A stretch of DNA of 64,000 nt from Candidatus Saccharimonadales bacterium (lineage in GTDB: Bacteria; Patescibacteriota; UBA1384; 2-12-FULL-50-11), in contig DATIHX010000003.1 in NCBI GenBank assembly GCA_035480235.1, positions 21,514 to 85,513 on the forward strand, read 5' to 3'. Positions 25,402-35,300 of this stretch are shown piece by piece. Made by a program: the position numbers and the translations under genes. Each line of letters opens with the position of its first letter. The stretch's first letter is position 1. Under the pieces are notes generated by a model. That model was not told where the DNA came from and did not search any database. It saw only the letters and a list, made by a program, of their open reading frames with translations.

Positions 25402-25563
25402 TAGCTCAATCCTCCGGATTGAGAAATCCTAAATACTAAACTCGAAGCGCTAGACAAGCTCAAAATTCTAATTCCCCAATGTTTTAAACATTCGGATTTG
25501 GGTAATTGGGATTTGTTTCGGATTTCGAGCTTAGGACTTAGGGTTTCCCGCATCTTTTTTATC
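25402..25563. repeat. Imperfectly palindromic intergenic element, copy B (arms around the central palindrome AATGTTT-T-AAACATT)
   Basis: Central palindrome at 25478..25492. Left arm 25422..25450 matches the reverse complement of 30323..30348 at about 22/24 positions. Right arm 25496..25547 is homologous to the reverse complement of 30233..30278. Confidence 0.65.
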
Positions 25564-25809
25564 TTACCTTTTCTCTGGTACTGGGTCAAAGCCGCCGGGG
25601 TAGCCGGGATGGCAACGGCCGACCCGCTTTATCCCCAGCCCAAAGCCATTGAGCACTCCGAATCGCTCGATAGCTTGCTTGGTGTATTCCGAACAGCTCG
25701 GGGTATATCGGCAGGCGCCCAGCGGATAAAAAACTCGCAACCACCCGTGGTCGGGCGAAAGGGTTTTCTGGTAAAGGCTGATTAGGAAGATTGCTGCTTT
25801 TTTTGCCAC
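25564..25809 (-). CDS. yidD: Membrane protein insertion efficiency factor YidD
   Basis: 81 aa. ...LISLYQKTLSP...CRYTPSCSEYTKQAIERFG...GIKRVGRCHP. Confidence 0.9.
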   Translation of the reverse strand: MAKKAAIFLISLYQKTLSPDHGWLRVFYPLGACRYTPSCSEYTKQAIERFGVLNGFGLGIKRVGRCHPGYPGGFDPVPEKR

Positions 25810-26111
25810 GTTTCGATCCCTTGTTGATACTGGCTAAATTCGGCCGAGCGTAGAACTAAGAGCACGACATCAAGCGGCGTCTGGAAGTTTTCGGCCACCG
25901 GCCGCAGGAGCTCGGCGATTTGGCGGCGGATCTTGTTGCGCTCGACGGCTTTTTTACTAACTTTTTTGGAAACGACTACCCCGAAACGGGCGGTTTCAGC
26001 CTCGCCCGGAACGCTAAAAACCAAAAGCGGCCCACACAGCGCTTTATTATGACCCGCTAAAACTCGTTGAAAATCGCGATCTTTTTTGAGGCGATGCTTC
26101 GCCGGCAACAT
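25782..26111 (-). CDS. rnpA: Ribonuclease P protein component
   Basis: 109 aa. MLPAKHRLKKDRDFQRV...VSKKVSKKAVERNKIRRQI. Lies downstream of rpmH. Confidence 0.85.
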   Translation of the reverse strand: MLPAKHRLKKDRDFQRVLAGHNKALCGPLLVFSVPGEAETARFGVVVSKKVSKKAVERNKIRRQIAELLRPVAENFQTPLDVVLLVLRSAEFSQYQQGIETWQKKQQSS

Positions 26112-26119
26112 TTGAGTAT

Positions 26120-26260
26120 TTAGACAACGGCCAGCTTGGCCCGGCCTTTTTTGCGCCGGCTAGCGATTTGCTTGCGGCCCTCGGGCGTCGCCATCTTCAC
26201 CAAAAAACCGTGCTTTTTGTGCCGTTTACGATTGTTGGGTTGGAACGTTCTTTTAACCAT
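26120..26260 (-). CDS. rpmH: 50S ribosomal protein L34
   Basis: Own translation (below the ORF-track size cutoff): [46 protein letters not shown]. Confidence 0.9.
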   Translation of the reverse strand: MVKRTFQPNNRKRHKKHGFLVKMATPEGRKQIASRRKKGRAKLAVV

Positions 26261-26269
26261 CTGTGCGTT

Positions 26270-26417
26270 TATTCTACAACAAATTAACAGAAGCGGCAAG
26301 CGCCAAACACCAACTGGCGAGAAGATTACTGAATTACGAAATTACTTAATTACTAAAACTGTGGATAACTTAGTGATTTAGTTATTCAAGAATTTAGTAA
26401 TTCTTAAGATTTAAGGG
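26270..26417. promoter_or_regulatory. oriC-associated region upstream of dnaA (DnaA box plus AT-rich inverted repeats)
   Basis: Perfect 9-mer TGTGGATAA at 26360..26368, flanked by AATTACTAAA (about 26347) and TTTAGTAATT (about 26392). AT-rich GAATTACGAAATTACTTAATTAC. Confidence 0.6.
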
Positions 26418-27830
26418 TTGCCCCTTGTGGAAAACTCGGCTATCTTCAAGCCGATGCCCGCAACAATCGACGAGAAAACCTGGAGCCATGTCTTAGCGGC
26501 CTTGGAACCGAGCGTCTCGCGGCCCAATTACGTCACCTGGTTGCAGCCGACGCGATTAGTGGAACTAAACGACGGCTTGGTTATTATCGCCGTCCCCAAC
26601 CCGTACGCCAAAAACTGGATCGAGAAAAACATTCTCAAGGATATCCGAAAGTTTTTAGCCACCGAAGTCGGGCCGATCGAGCACATTCAGTTAGTTGTCG
26701 CCGAAAAAGAAGAGAAGCGACCGTTGGATGAGTTACCCCTCCTGCAAAATACCGAGGATTACAGCCCCAGCGCCGTGCCAGTTGTTGACCAAGTCGACTC
26801 AGTAGCTAAGGAAAAACAATTCAATAGCCACTACACCTTTGAGACATTTATTGTTGGTAATAATAACCGCTTGGCTTTCGCCGCCAGCCAGGTGGTGGCC
26901 GAAAAACCCGGCGAGTCGTACAACCCCCTCTTTCTGTACGGCGGCGTTGGCTTGGGGAAAACCCACCTCATGCAAGCGATCGGCAACGAAATTGCCAAGC
27001 GCGACCCGAAAAAGAAAATCATCTACACTTCTTGTGAAATTTTTACCGGCGAATTTATCGAGGCGCTGCAAAACAAAACCATCAACGCTTTCAAGAAAAA
27101 GTACCGAGGGACCGACGTCTTTTTAATCGACGACATTCAATTTTTGGTTAACAAAGAGGGGACACAAGAGGAGTTTTTCCACACCTTTAATATCCTCCAC
27201 CAAGCCAACCGGCAAATTGTGATAACGAGCGACCGCACCCCGAAAGAAATTACCAAACTCGAGGATCGCCTGACTAGCCGGCTGGGTTGGGGGATGGTCG
27301 CCGACATCCAGGCCCCCAATATCGAGACCCGAACGGCGATTCTTCAAGCCAAAGCCAAAGAAAAGGGCGTCGATATCAGCCACGAGGTGCTCGATTACGT
27401 CGCTAGCGCTATTACTTCCAACGTCCGCGAGCTCGAGGGGTCATTGGTGAAGCTAATTACCACCGCCCAGATTGAAAAAGCGCCGATCACCAAAGACTAC
27501 GCCAAAAAGGTTTTGAAAGATTTAGCCTCCAGCCACAGCAGCGGCAAAAAGATTACCGGTAAGCAGCTCTTGAAAGCGGTGGCGACACATTTTGATATCG
27601 AGGTTAGTGACTTACTGGGGAAAAAGCGGCTGAAAGAGTTGGTCTATCCGCGCCACTTGGCAATGTATCTCCTTAAAGAAAACCTCCACCATTCATTCCC
27701 CCAGATCGGCGACGAGCTCAATAAAGACCACACTACGATTATGCACGGCGTCCGGAAAATTGAGGAACAACTCAAGACCAACCAACACATCGAAGCGGAC
27801 CTGCGAGCAATTGAAGGAGTAATTAATTAA
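26418..27830 (+). CDS. dnaA: Chromosomal replication initiator DnaA
   Basis: AAA+ motif GGVGLGKTHLMQAIGNE, box VII, C-terminal DNA-binding helix-turn-helix ...DHTTIMHGVRKIE. The start is uncertain: TTG 26418, GTG 26427 or ATG 26454. Confidence 0.9.
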   Translation: MPLVENSAIFKPMPATIDEKTWSHVLAALEPSVSRPNYVTWLQPTRLVELNDGLVIIAVPNPYAKNWIEKNILKDIRKFLATEVGPIEHIQLVVAEKEEKRPLDELPLLQNTEDYSPSAVPVVDQVDSVAKEKQFNSHYTFETFIVGNNNRLAFAASQVVAEKPGESYNPLFLYGGVGLGKTHLMQAIGNEIAKRDPKKKIIYTSCEIFTGEFIEALQNKTINAFKKKYRGTDVFLIDDIQFLVNKEGTQEEFFHTFNILHQANRQIVITSDRTPKEITKLEDRLTSRLGWGMVADIQAPNIETRTAILQAKAKEKGVDISHEVLDYVASAITSNVRELEGSLVKLITTAQIEKAPITKDYAKKVLKDLASSHSSGKKITGKQLLKAVATHFDIEVSDLLGKKRLKELVYPRHLAMYLLKENLHHSFPQIGDELNKDHTTIMHGVRKIEEQLKTNQHIEADLRAIEGVIN

Positions 27831-28077
27831 TGTGGATAACTTCACTATTTCTGGGGAAAACTCCTCTTGATTCGAAGGAAAAAACCCGGAATTATTCCTG
27901 GTTTACCAGGTTAAATAAATCATCCCCAATTAATTCAGAAGTTATCCACAGCTGGGCGGGTTTTTTCCACCAACCACAACAGATTACCGTCCACTTTTCC
28001 CCGCGCTCAATAGCTACTACTGTATTTCTTTACTACCTAAACTTTAATACAAACCGGAAAGGAACCACCTAATTAAG
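27831..28077. promoter_or_regulatory. dnaA-dnaN intergenic oriC candidate
   Basis: Perfect DnaA boxes TGTGGATAA (27830..27838) and TTATCCACA (27942..27950), plus an AT-rich stretch at 28020..28077. Confidence 0.6.
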
Positions 28078-29166
28078 ATGAAATTTACAACTAAGAAAAG
28101 CGACCTCTTAAAAGCCGTGAGTGTGGTAGGGCGTTTAGCAACTACCCGAGCCAGTTTACCAATTCTCCAAAATATTTATCTCGAAACTGACGGTAATTTA
28201 CTAAAATTACGCTCAACCGATCTAGAACAAACTTTAGAGATGGATATCGAGGGACGAGTTGAAGAAAATGGCGCTATTACCATCCCGGCCCGCCTCCTTA
28301 ACGACTACCTTCAAAATAACACCGACGAACAGGTGACGCTGGCCACCGACGATCTCACCACCCATATCACCTCCACTAATCATCAAGCTCGAATTAAAGG
28401 GATGGACGCTGGCGAGTACCCAACACTACCCAAAACAAAAACCGAAACAGCAATTACCCTCGACCCAATAGTTTTAACTAACGCTATTACAAAAACCCTT
28501 TTCGCAGCGGCTAGTGATGATACTCGGCCAATTCTTACTGGTCTCCTTTTTCAATTTGAAGAAAAGAATCTAACAATTGTTGGTACCGACGGCTACCGGT
28601 TGGCCACGACCCAAATTGAGTTACCAACACCCTTTAGTGGTAGTTTCATCCTACCCAAGCGTTCGCTCCAAGAAGTGATCCGGCTAATTGAAGAAGATGA
28701 GGTTGAGCTAGTTCTCACCCCTGCTCAAGCCCGCTTCACCAGTGGCCCGGTCCGCTTAATTACCAGAGTATTAGACGGGACCTTCCCGGCTTACGAAGCG
28801 ATTATCCCCAAAACAAAAAAACTCGAGATTCGGCTGCGATCCGAGAGCTTACTCCAAAGCCTAAAACTAGCTAGTTTATTCTCCCGCGACTCAGCCTATA
28901 GCACAAAACTCGAACTGGACGGCACTAAACTGCGCCTGAGCGCTATTTCAGCAACGATTGGCGAAAATACCAACGAAATTACCCTAGAAAAAGCCGTTTC
29001 AGAGAATTTAACGATTAGCGCCAACGCTCAGTATTTAATTGACGTTTTAGCGGTGTTGACCGGCGATATTATCCTCTCTTTTGTAGACGATAAGAGCCCG
29101 ATCGTGTTGACGGTGCCGGGCGAAGCTAATTATCTCTACTTGGTGATGCCGCTGCGCAATTCCTAA
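28078..29166 (+). CDS. dnaN: DNA polymerase III beta sliding clamp
   Basis: 362 aa. MKFTTKKSDLLKAVSVVGRLATTRASLPILQNIYLE... Follows dnaA. Confidence 0.9.
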   Translation: MKFTTKKSDLLKAVSVVGRLATTRASLPILQNIYLETDGNLLKLRSTDLEQTLEMDIEGRVEENGAITIPARLLNDYLQNNTDEQVTLATDDLTTHITSTNHQARIKGMDAGEYPTLPKTKTETAITLDPIVLTNAITKTLFAAASDDTRPILTGLLFQFEEKNLTIVGTDGYRLATTQIELPTPFSGSFILPKRSLQEVIRLIEEDEVELVLTPAQARFTSGPVRLITRVLDGTFPAYEAIIPKTKKLEIRLRSESLLQSLKLASLFSRDSAYSTKLELDGTKLRLSAISATIGENTNEITLEKAVSENLTISANAQYLIDVLAVLTGDIILSFVDDKSPIVLTVPGEANYLYLVMPLRNS

Positions 29167-29170
29167 CTGT

Positions 29171-30232
29171 ATGCCCTTAACGACGCTCAAATTAGAGAAC
29201 GTCCGAGCCTTTGAGCGCCAGAGTTGGGAATTTGGCCCCCGTTCGGTTATTCTTGGCGCTAACGGGGTAGGTAAAAGCACAATTATCGAAGCGATCCGCA
29301 TTCTCTCGGTGGGGAAAAGTTTCCGGACCAGTCGGTTCGACGAGCTAATTCGTTTTGAGGCGCCGTATTGTCGGATTATAGGGGAACGCTCGGAAACAGA
29401 GGGTGAAGCCAGCTCTTCGGCTTCGCTCAGAGTGCCTGCGGCAAAAGTTGAGTTTTTCTACGGCCAGCCGTTCGCCGACGCTGCCAAAGAGCGAATTTTA
29501 ACCATTAATAGCAAGCCGGCTGACTGGTTGGGGTTTATCGGCCAATTCCCCAGCGTCCTCTTTGTGCCGAGCGATATCGATTTAGTCATCGGCCCGCCGC
29601 AACTGCGCCGCCGTTACCTCGACAGTATTTTGTGGCAAGTTGACGCCGAGTTTCGCCAGAATTACTTAGATTTCTCACGGGTTTTGCGGGAGCGAGCGGC
29701 GCTGCTTTTTTTACTGAAGATCCGCCGGGCCGGACTGGATGAACTCCAACCCTGGAACGAATTAATTCAACAGCTGAGCGCGGCCATTCAAACTAAGCGG
29801 CAACAGTACATTGAGTACCTGCAAAAGCAGTTGAAGGGGCAGCTCGTGGGCGGCCAAAAAGTGGCCGTGGAGTACCAACCGAATCAAGCTGAGCTAGCCG
29901 CTGTCCAAAACCAAGAAATTCAAAGTAGCCAGAATTTGTACGGCGCTCACCGCGACGAATTGGAAATTTTGCTGGGCGACCGGTCGGCCAGGCGGTTCGC
30001 CTCGCGCGGCCAAACCCGGACGATCGTAGTGATGCTAAAAACCGTTGAGAGCCGGTTTTTAGCCTTCAAGTCCGGCCAGGCACCATTATTACTGCTCGAC
30101 GACATGTTTTCTGAATTAGACGACGAGAATAGCCGCTACCTTTTTGATAGTTTTGAACCAGACTATCAAGTAATCCTAACCTCGATTAAAACGCAACCGC
30201 TCATCAAAGATTGGCAAACCATAAAACTCTAA
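29171..30232 (+). CDS. recF: DNA replication and repair protein RecF
   Basis: Walker A GANGVGKSTIIEAI, signature and Walker B region LLLLDDMFSELD. Follows dnaN. Confidence 0.85.
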   Translation: MPLTTLKLENVRAFERQSWEFGPRSVILGANGVGKSTIIEAIRILSVGKSFRTSRFDELIRFEAPYCRIIGERSETEGEASSSASLRVPAAKVEFFYGQPFADAAKERILTINSKPADWLGFIGQFPSVLFVPSDIDLVIGPPQLRRRYLDSILWQVDAEFRQNYLDFSRVLRERAALLFLLKIRRAGLDELQPWNELIQQLSAAIQTKRQQYIEYLQKQLKGQLVGGQKVAVEYQPNQAELAAVQNQEIQSSQNLYGAHRDELEILLGDRSARRFASRGQTRTIVVMLKTVESRFLAFKSGQAPLLLLDDMFSELDDENSRYLFDSFEPDYQVILTSIKTQPLIKDWQTIKL

Positions 30233-30358
30233 ACACTAAGTTCTAAACTCTAAACAATGCTCCAATTACCAAAATTACAATGTTTAAAACATTCAAAAGT
30301 TATTTTTTTGATTTTGCTTAGAGCTTCGAATTTAGGATTTAGGATTTGTTTTTCCTAA
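30233..30358. repeat. Imperfectly palindromic intergenic element, copy A (central palindrome AATGTTT-A-AAACATT)
   Basis: Central palindrome at 30279..30293. Arms are CTAAGTTCTAAACTCTAAAC... and ...GAGCTTCGAATTTAGGATTTAGGATTTG. Inverted relative to copy B on the + strand, but in the same orientation relative to the flanking transcription. Confidence 0.65.
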
Positions 30359-30643
30359 ATGGAAAAACTTGGTGATTATTTACCAGTTCATCGCCACGGC
30401 ATGTTGGGGCGGATATTCTTGGCCAAACAACTAACCGACGCCGTTCAAGCGCTAGTCCCGGGCGAGTTAAAAGTGGTGATTCGGGCTAAAACCATTACCC
30501 TTAATTGCGCCGAACCGGCCTACGCCAAACGGCTGACGCTGGAACGGCGCAAACTCGAAGCCATCCTCACCCGACTAGCCGGCCAGGGTCATAACTTGAC
30601 GCTGAAAATTCGCACTCACGGCCCGGGAACTACTGATCGCTAA
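30359..30643 (+). CDS. DUF721/DciA-like protein
   Basis: 94 aa in the position after recF that is typical for DUF721. ...VIRAKTITLNCAEPAYAKRLTLERRKL... Confidence 0.6.
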   Translation: MEKLGDYLPVHRHGMLGRIFLAKQLTDAVQALVPGELKVVIRAKTITLNCAEPAYAKRLTLERRKLEAILTRLAGQGHNLTLKIRTHGPGTTDR

Positions 30644-31208
30644 TGAGGAGGGTGGTCTTGGGATCGGCCTGGGCGGTGGCTAAATAGGCCCGGGCGTCGG
30701 TGATCGCTTGGTTATGCTCGGCCTGGTAAGTAGTATTGTCGGTGGACGAGCTTCGGTGATAGATGGTGAGGTTAACGGCTAAAAGCGTGGTTAAGTCGGA
30801 GGAGAACTGGCCCTCGACCCGATAGGTAGCGGTGATGTGAGGGAAAAAGGCCAGCATTGGGTTTTCGGCGGCGCCGCGCGCGCCTGGTAGCTCGCTTTCC
30901 TGAACGTGAACTACTAGCTGCCGGGTAACGAGCGGCCAGATGAAAATTTGCTCATGATCTAAATCGGCTAATAAATCTTTGGGGGCGACGACTAGGCGAT
31001 GATGGCCGGCGTGAAACTTCAGGGTGACCGGCGTGGAGTGACCAGTTTTAAAGTTATCAGCGTCGCTGGTAACTGTGGCCCCGGCTTTCAGGCCGCTATC
31101 AGCGATGGCGGTCACGGTCACACTACCTGGAAAAAATAAGAAAATCAGGACAATAACGACAGCGCCGATGCCGGCCAGGAGCAGGTAGAATTTCAGTTGG
31201 TTTGTCAT
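30630..31208 (-). CDS. Membrane-anchored hypothetical protein (last gene of the T4SS-like operon)
   Basis: 192 aa with an N-terminal TM helix (FYLLLAGIGAVVIVLIFLFF). 1-nt gap to the upstream amidase gene. Confidence 0.5.
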   Translation of the reverse strand: MTNQLKFYLLLAGIGAVVIVLIFLFFPGSVTVTAIADSGLKAGATVTSDADNFKTGHSTPVTLKFHAGHHRLVVAPKDLLADLDHEQIFIWPLVTRQLVVHVQESELPGARGAAENPMLAFFPHITATYRVEGQFSSDLTTLLAVNLTIYHRSSSTDNTTYQAEHNQAITDARAYLATAQADPKTTLLISDQ

Positions 31209-31209
31209 T

Positions 31210-32343
31210 TTAGTGGAGGGCTATCACAACTTCGTTTAAAAAGCGGGTGCCGGGGTCAGAGCGGTGATTTTGGCCGGTCCGTCGGTCGGCCTCTTTATGG
31301 GAAATCACGTTGAACGGTTCCTTGGCCCCCTTATTGCTGGCCAGGATTGTCACGTTGTCTTTGCTGATATTATATTTACCCATCAAGCACTGTACCAGGT
31401 TTATGTTAGCAGTTATTTGAGCCGGCGTTTCCCACTTGTTGGAATCGGAGCTCTCAAAATCGCCTTGGTTTTCAATGCTAATTGAGGTCGCGCCACTACC
31501 ATAGTCTTGGCTGGGCTGGTTATACATGGCAGCGCCGTGGGCAATTTTATTATCAGCCTCATATTGGACGACTTGGCCGGAGTGAAAAACTTCGTACTGA
31601 ACGTCGACGTCCCGGTCGTTGTTATTAAAGTAGTTATATTCGTTATCAATACTGTTCTCATCGGCAGTGTAGTGAAGAATAATCACCTTTGGTGTGCCGG
31701 TGCCGCGGCTTTGGTAGGAAGATTTGGTGAGTATCTTGGGAGTGACGTTCGGGCAAGTCCCGGTGGGTTGCCCGCCCCCGATTATCAAAGTCACATGGGG
31801 GTTTTTCCAGCCGGCTAGAACCTGGCAATCAACAGCTATATCGACATGGTTATAGCCGGCGCCTTGTTTTGACTGAGCGAACGTATCAACAAGCCGGAAT
31901 TCAATCGGTCCATCACTGTTGTACATTTTTTCGAGTTCCGGGATGCGAACGGTAGTGCCGTATGAGTACTGTTTAAAGATGGATTCGTCGATGGCGATGG
32001 AGACGTACGGCGCCTTCTTGGCGATGAAATCAGGCAGAACTTGGACTTTACTGCCCTTCATGTCTTGAGAGCCGCCACCGGTCGGGTCGCAATTCTGACC
32101 CTGCTCATCCTCTTTCCACTTCGGCACGTAAGCAGTGGCTAAGACGTCTGTGATGGTGGTGCCGCCGCTGCCAGTGGCTTTGGCAACGGGCCCGAAATGA
32201 AGCGTGCCAATCAGGATAAACGGCAACGTCAGTGAGAAGATGAAAATCAGCAGCGCCGCAGCGACGACAAAAATAGTCCAGGAGGCGCCCCTTCGCTTCC
32301 CAAGTTTTTTGGGGAACGGCAAGCTGGAAACGGGCAACGGCAT
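31210..32343 (-). CDS. Membrane-anchored peptidoglycan hydrolase: 3D/RlpA-like domain plus N-acetylmuramoyl-L-alanine amidase (Amidase_2)
   Basis: N-terminal TM helix. ...YGTTVRIPELE...FRLVDTF...HVDIAVD resembles a 3D/double-psi barrel. The C-terminal part has VIILHYTA...SISIENQG...ISHKEADRRTGQNHRSDPG. Confidence 0.65.
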   Translation of the reverse strand: MPLPVSSLPFPKKLGKRRGASWTIFVVAAALLIFIFSLTLPFILIGTLHFGPVAKATGSGGTTITDVLATAYVPKWKEDEQGQNCDPTGGGSQDMKGSKVQVLPDFIAKKAPYVSIAIDESIFKQYSYGTTVRIPELEKMYNSDGPIEFRLVDTFAQSKQGAGYNHVDIAVDCQVLAGWKNPHVTLIIGGGQPTGTCPNVTPKILTKSSYQSRGTGTPKVIILHYTADENSIDNEYNYFNNNDRDVDVQYEVFHSGQVVQYEADNKIAHGAAMYNQPSQDYGSGATSISIENQGDFESSDSNKWETPAQITANINLVQCLMGKYNISKDNVTILASNKGAKEPFNVISHKEADRRTGQNHRSDPGTRFLNEVVIALH

Positions 32344-35300
32344 TAGAAGTAGCCTCCGAAGCTAACATAAACGTAGTCAGTTGTTTTAGTCGAGGCCTGG
32401 GTGTAACCCATCCCGACGCGAGGGTTGTTGGCTTCAGCGCTGCCAAAGCCTTCGGCGGCGCGCGGCGCGAAATACTCAACATTGGCCTGACGATAAGTCA
32501 GCACTTGGAGGGGTTTATTAAGATCGGGCACGCCGCCGCCGTAACTCAAAGTGGCGTCGAGCAATTGGCCGGTGAAGTACCGGGCCCAGCCTTCCCAAAC
32601 TTGGGCGTTAGCGTTAACGAACGGCACATTATTATCCCAATCGAACGGGTTTTGGCCGGGCGCCGGGTTGGGGCTAGGCGGGGCGGGGCCGTCAACGCCG
32701 GGCGTGTAACCGTAGCTCAAAGCGTCGCCGCCTTGGTCAAAACTGGGGATAGCGAATTGGTCGACCGGCGGCTGCGGGCACTCGTAAGAAGTACTGTTGA
32801 CACCGAAGAGGTAAATGGCGGCGGCGATGTAAAGGCCGGTCGGCCCAAGACCCAAGGCCGAGGCGATGGCGCCGGCGACGGCGGCGTTAGTGAACCCTGG
32901 CGGAGCGTGAATGGCGGCATCCACTGAGCTGAAAAATTGCTGGCAAGTGGCGCAGACCTGAAGGGCGGTGGTGATGGCCAGCAACGTTAAGCCTGCCTGG
33001 GCTTTGGACAGGGCGGCGACGTTGGCGGCGGTGTGGGCCCCAGCCAAGGCTTCGGAGGCGGCAATTACCGCCTTGCCGCTGGTGTAAAGCTGGTAGACGC
33101 TGCCCGGTGGCAAGTGGAGGGCGCTGTCGGCCCAACCGGTCAGTTTGGCGGCGGCAAAATTGGTGGCCAAGCTATTAACCGACGGGATAATCGTTACCCC
33201 AGCCGGGTTTTTGAGGCTGGCGTCGAAGTTCCAACCGTTTTGGCTGGCGTAAAAAAGCGATTTACCAATGCCGGCTGGCAGCGGCCCGATATTTAAACTG
33301 TGCGATAGCCAGCCGTCGAGGTTACTCCAGGCGCTGACAAATTGATTATCGGTCAAGATGTTTTGATTGGCTTTGGGCAAGGCAAAATAACTAACTAAGT
33401 TGCCAACATCGGCCGAGCTTAAGGGTCCGAGGGTCACGCCCGAACGAGCGATGGCGGCGCTTAAGGCGCTGGCCGAGTCTTTAGTACCAAGAAGTGTTAA
33501 GACCACTTGGGAAGGATCGATCGTGCCGTTATAAAGTTTCTCCAGCGATCCTGGCACGTAAGCCGGATTGATTTTTTTCAACAAGGTGTCCAAGTTATTA
33601 AAGGCGAAAACTTGCAAGACTTGGGCGCGCTCTTGGTCGCTGCCGGTAAACATTGCCTTGGTGAAGCCGGCCGGAATCGTTGGGTCAATCTTGCGGAGGA
33701 ATGAATCGGAAATTTTGTATTGGACAGTTTGACCGGCCTGCTTATTAAGTTCTTGACGGGCCATATCGAGGGTGGCAGGGTCAGGCTTAATACTTGAGGG
33801 GTTGCCGGACGGGTTGAGCAGTAAGTCGGCCTCTTTTTGAACGGCGATCGGGTCGCTGATGCCGAGGGTGTCGCGGAGCTCTTGGTAGGTCAGTTGGCCG
33901 TCGGCCGGTAGATAGGGGTTAATATTTTTTTGCCATTGGCTAAAAGCCAGCGCGCTCAAGCCGGTGCGGTAATCGCCAGTCAGAAACGTCTCGGCGTCTT
34001 GGGTGAATTCTTTGGGCACGCCGGTGGCTTGGACGAAGAAGTTGATCAGTGGTAAGCCTTGGACGACGAAGGCGGGGTTAGTAGGGTTAAGGGCGTCTAG
34101 GCCGGTGTTAAAGAGCCCCTTCACTTGGGTCATTAAGTTGTTGATTTGGGTATCGGTGTAACCGGGGAGCGCACCGCCGATGGCCCGGCCGAAGAGCTTT
34201 AAGCCAGCATCTAGTAGGGCGCCGGTCCGGTCTTTATCATTTTTGGCGGCAATGTATTTAGTGAAGTCGTCAACGGCGAAATTGGCGCCGGCATCGATGC
34301 TGTGACCGGTAATTTTCGTCACCAATTGCAACGCTTGGCCGGCGCCCTGGCCCGTTTTCAGATAATTCAAGAGGCTGGTGAGGTCAGTTTTTTGGTTGCC
34401 GGCGTTGCCGGCATCGGGAATATAGTCGCCGGTTAAGTTGAATTGGGACCAAATTTGGTCGAGCGTCACTTGGCCGAGGTTGGTGTCGCCGACGGTTTTA
34501 ATCAGCCCAGACCCATTTAGGGCGCCCTGCAGGTAGGACTTGATGGTTCCGGTCGGCAAACCAAGGTTAACATCCTGTTCGCTCCAAATTTGGTTGAGGG
34601 CGCCATCGGCCCAGTTGTTGGGGTTGAGATTGGTCAGCCCGAAAAGATCTTTAAATTGGTTTTGGCCGATTTGGGCTAGCAAAGTGGCGGCGCTGGTGTT
34701 ACCGGAAAAACCATTCAGACCAAAGCGCTGCAAGATCAGCGCCAAGCCGTAGTCGTTGCTGGTGCTGCCAGAAACCGAGAAATTACTACCGGTTATGCCT
34801 AGGAGTTGGGCTAGGCCATTGGCGAAAGTTTGTTGGAGCGCTGTCTCGAGTTTTGAGGGGTCGTTAATAACATTTAAGCCGGTGCCTGGCGTCCAATTCA
34901 TCGCCCGATCGATTTCGCCGCCGCCGATTTTCTTCAAGCTGTCGAAATTGCCGGTGAGCATCGACGCAATGTCGGCACCCGAAAGGGCGGTGCCGGCGTT
35001 CAAGCTAAAGAGTGAATTGAGACCACTGGCTGCCAGCGCCGCGACTTGGGTTGAGCCGGCCGTTTTCGGGTTAGCTAGGTAGGTCGCCACCTGGGTGGGG
35101 TCGGCGCCGGCGGCGGCAAAAAGTGAGTGAAGGCCGAGGTTGTTGGTTAAGTCGGTCAAACTGAGGGTGCTGTTGGGGTTAGTTAAGCTGTTAATTAGCT
35201 GTTGAGTGAGGCCGGAGAACTGTGATGGGACGGCCCCGATCACGGCTTTTTGGAAAAGGGTGACGCCGATATTCTTCAGCTCAGTTTCGGCCGTTTTTTG

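Noticed and set aside
25401-25589. 62-aa ORF between yidC and yidD.
   Set aside because: It coincides with the palindromic intergenic element, has no SD and gives a low-complexity translation. The homologous copy at 30233..30358 is not coding.
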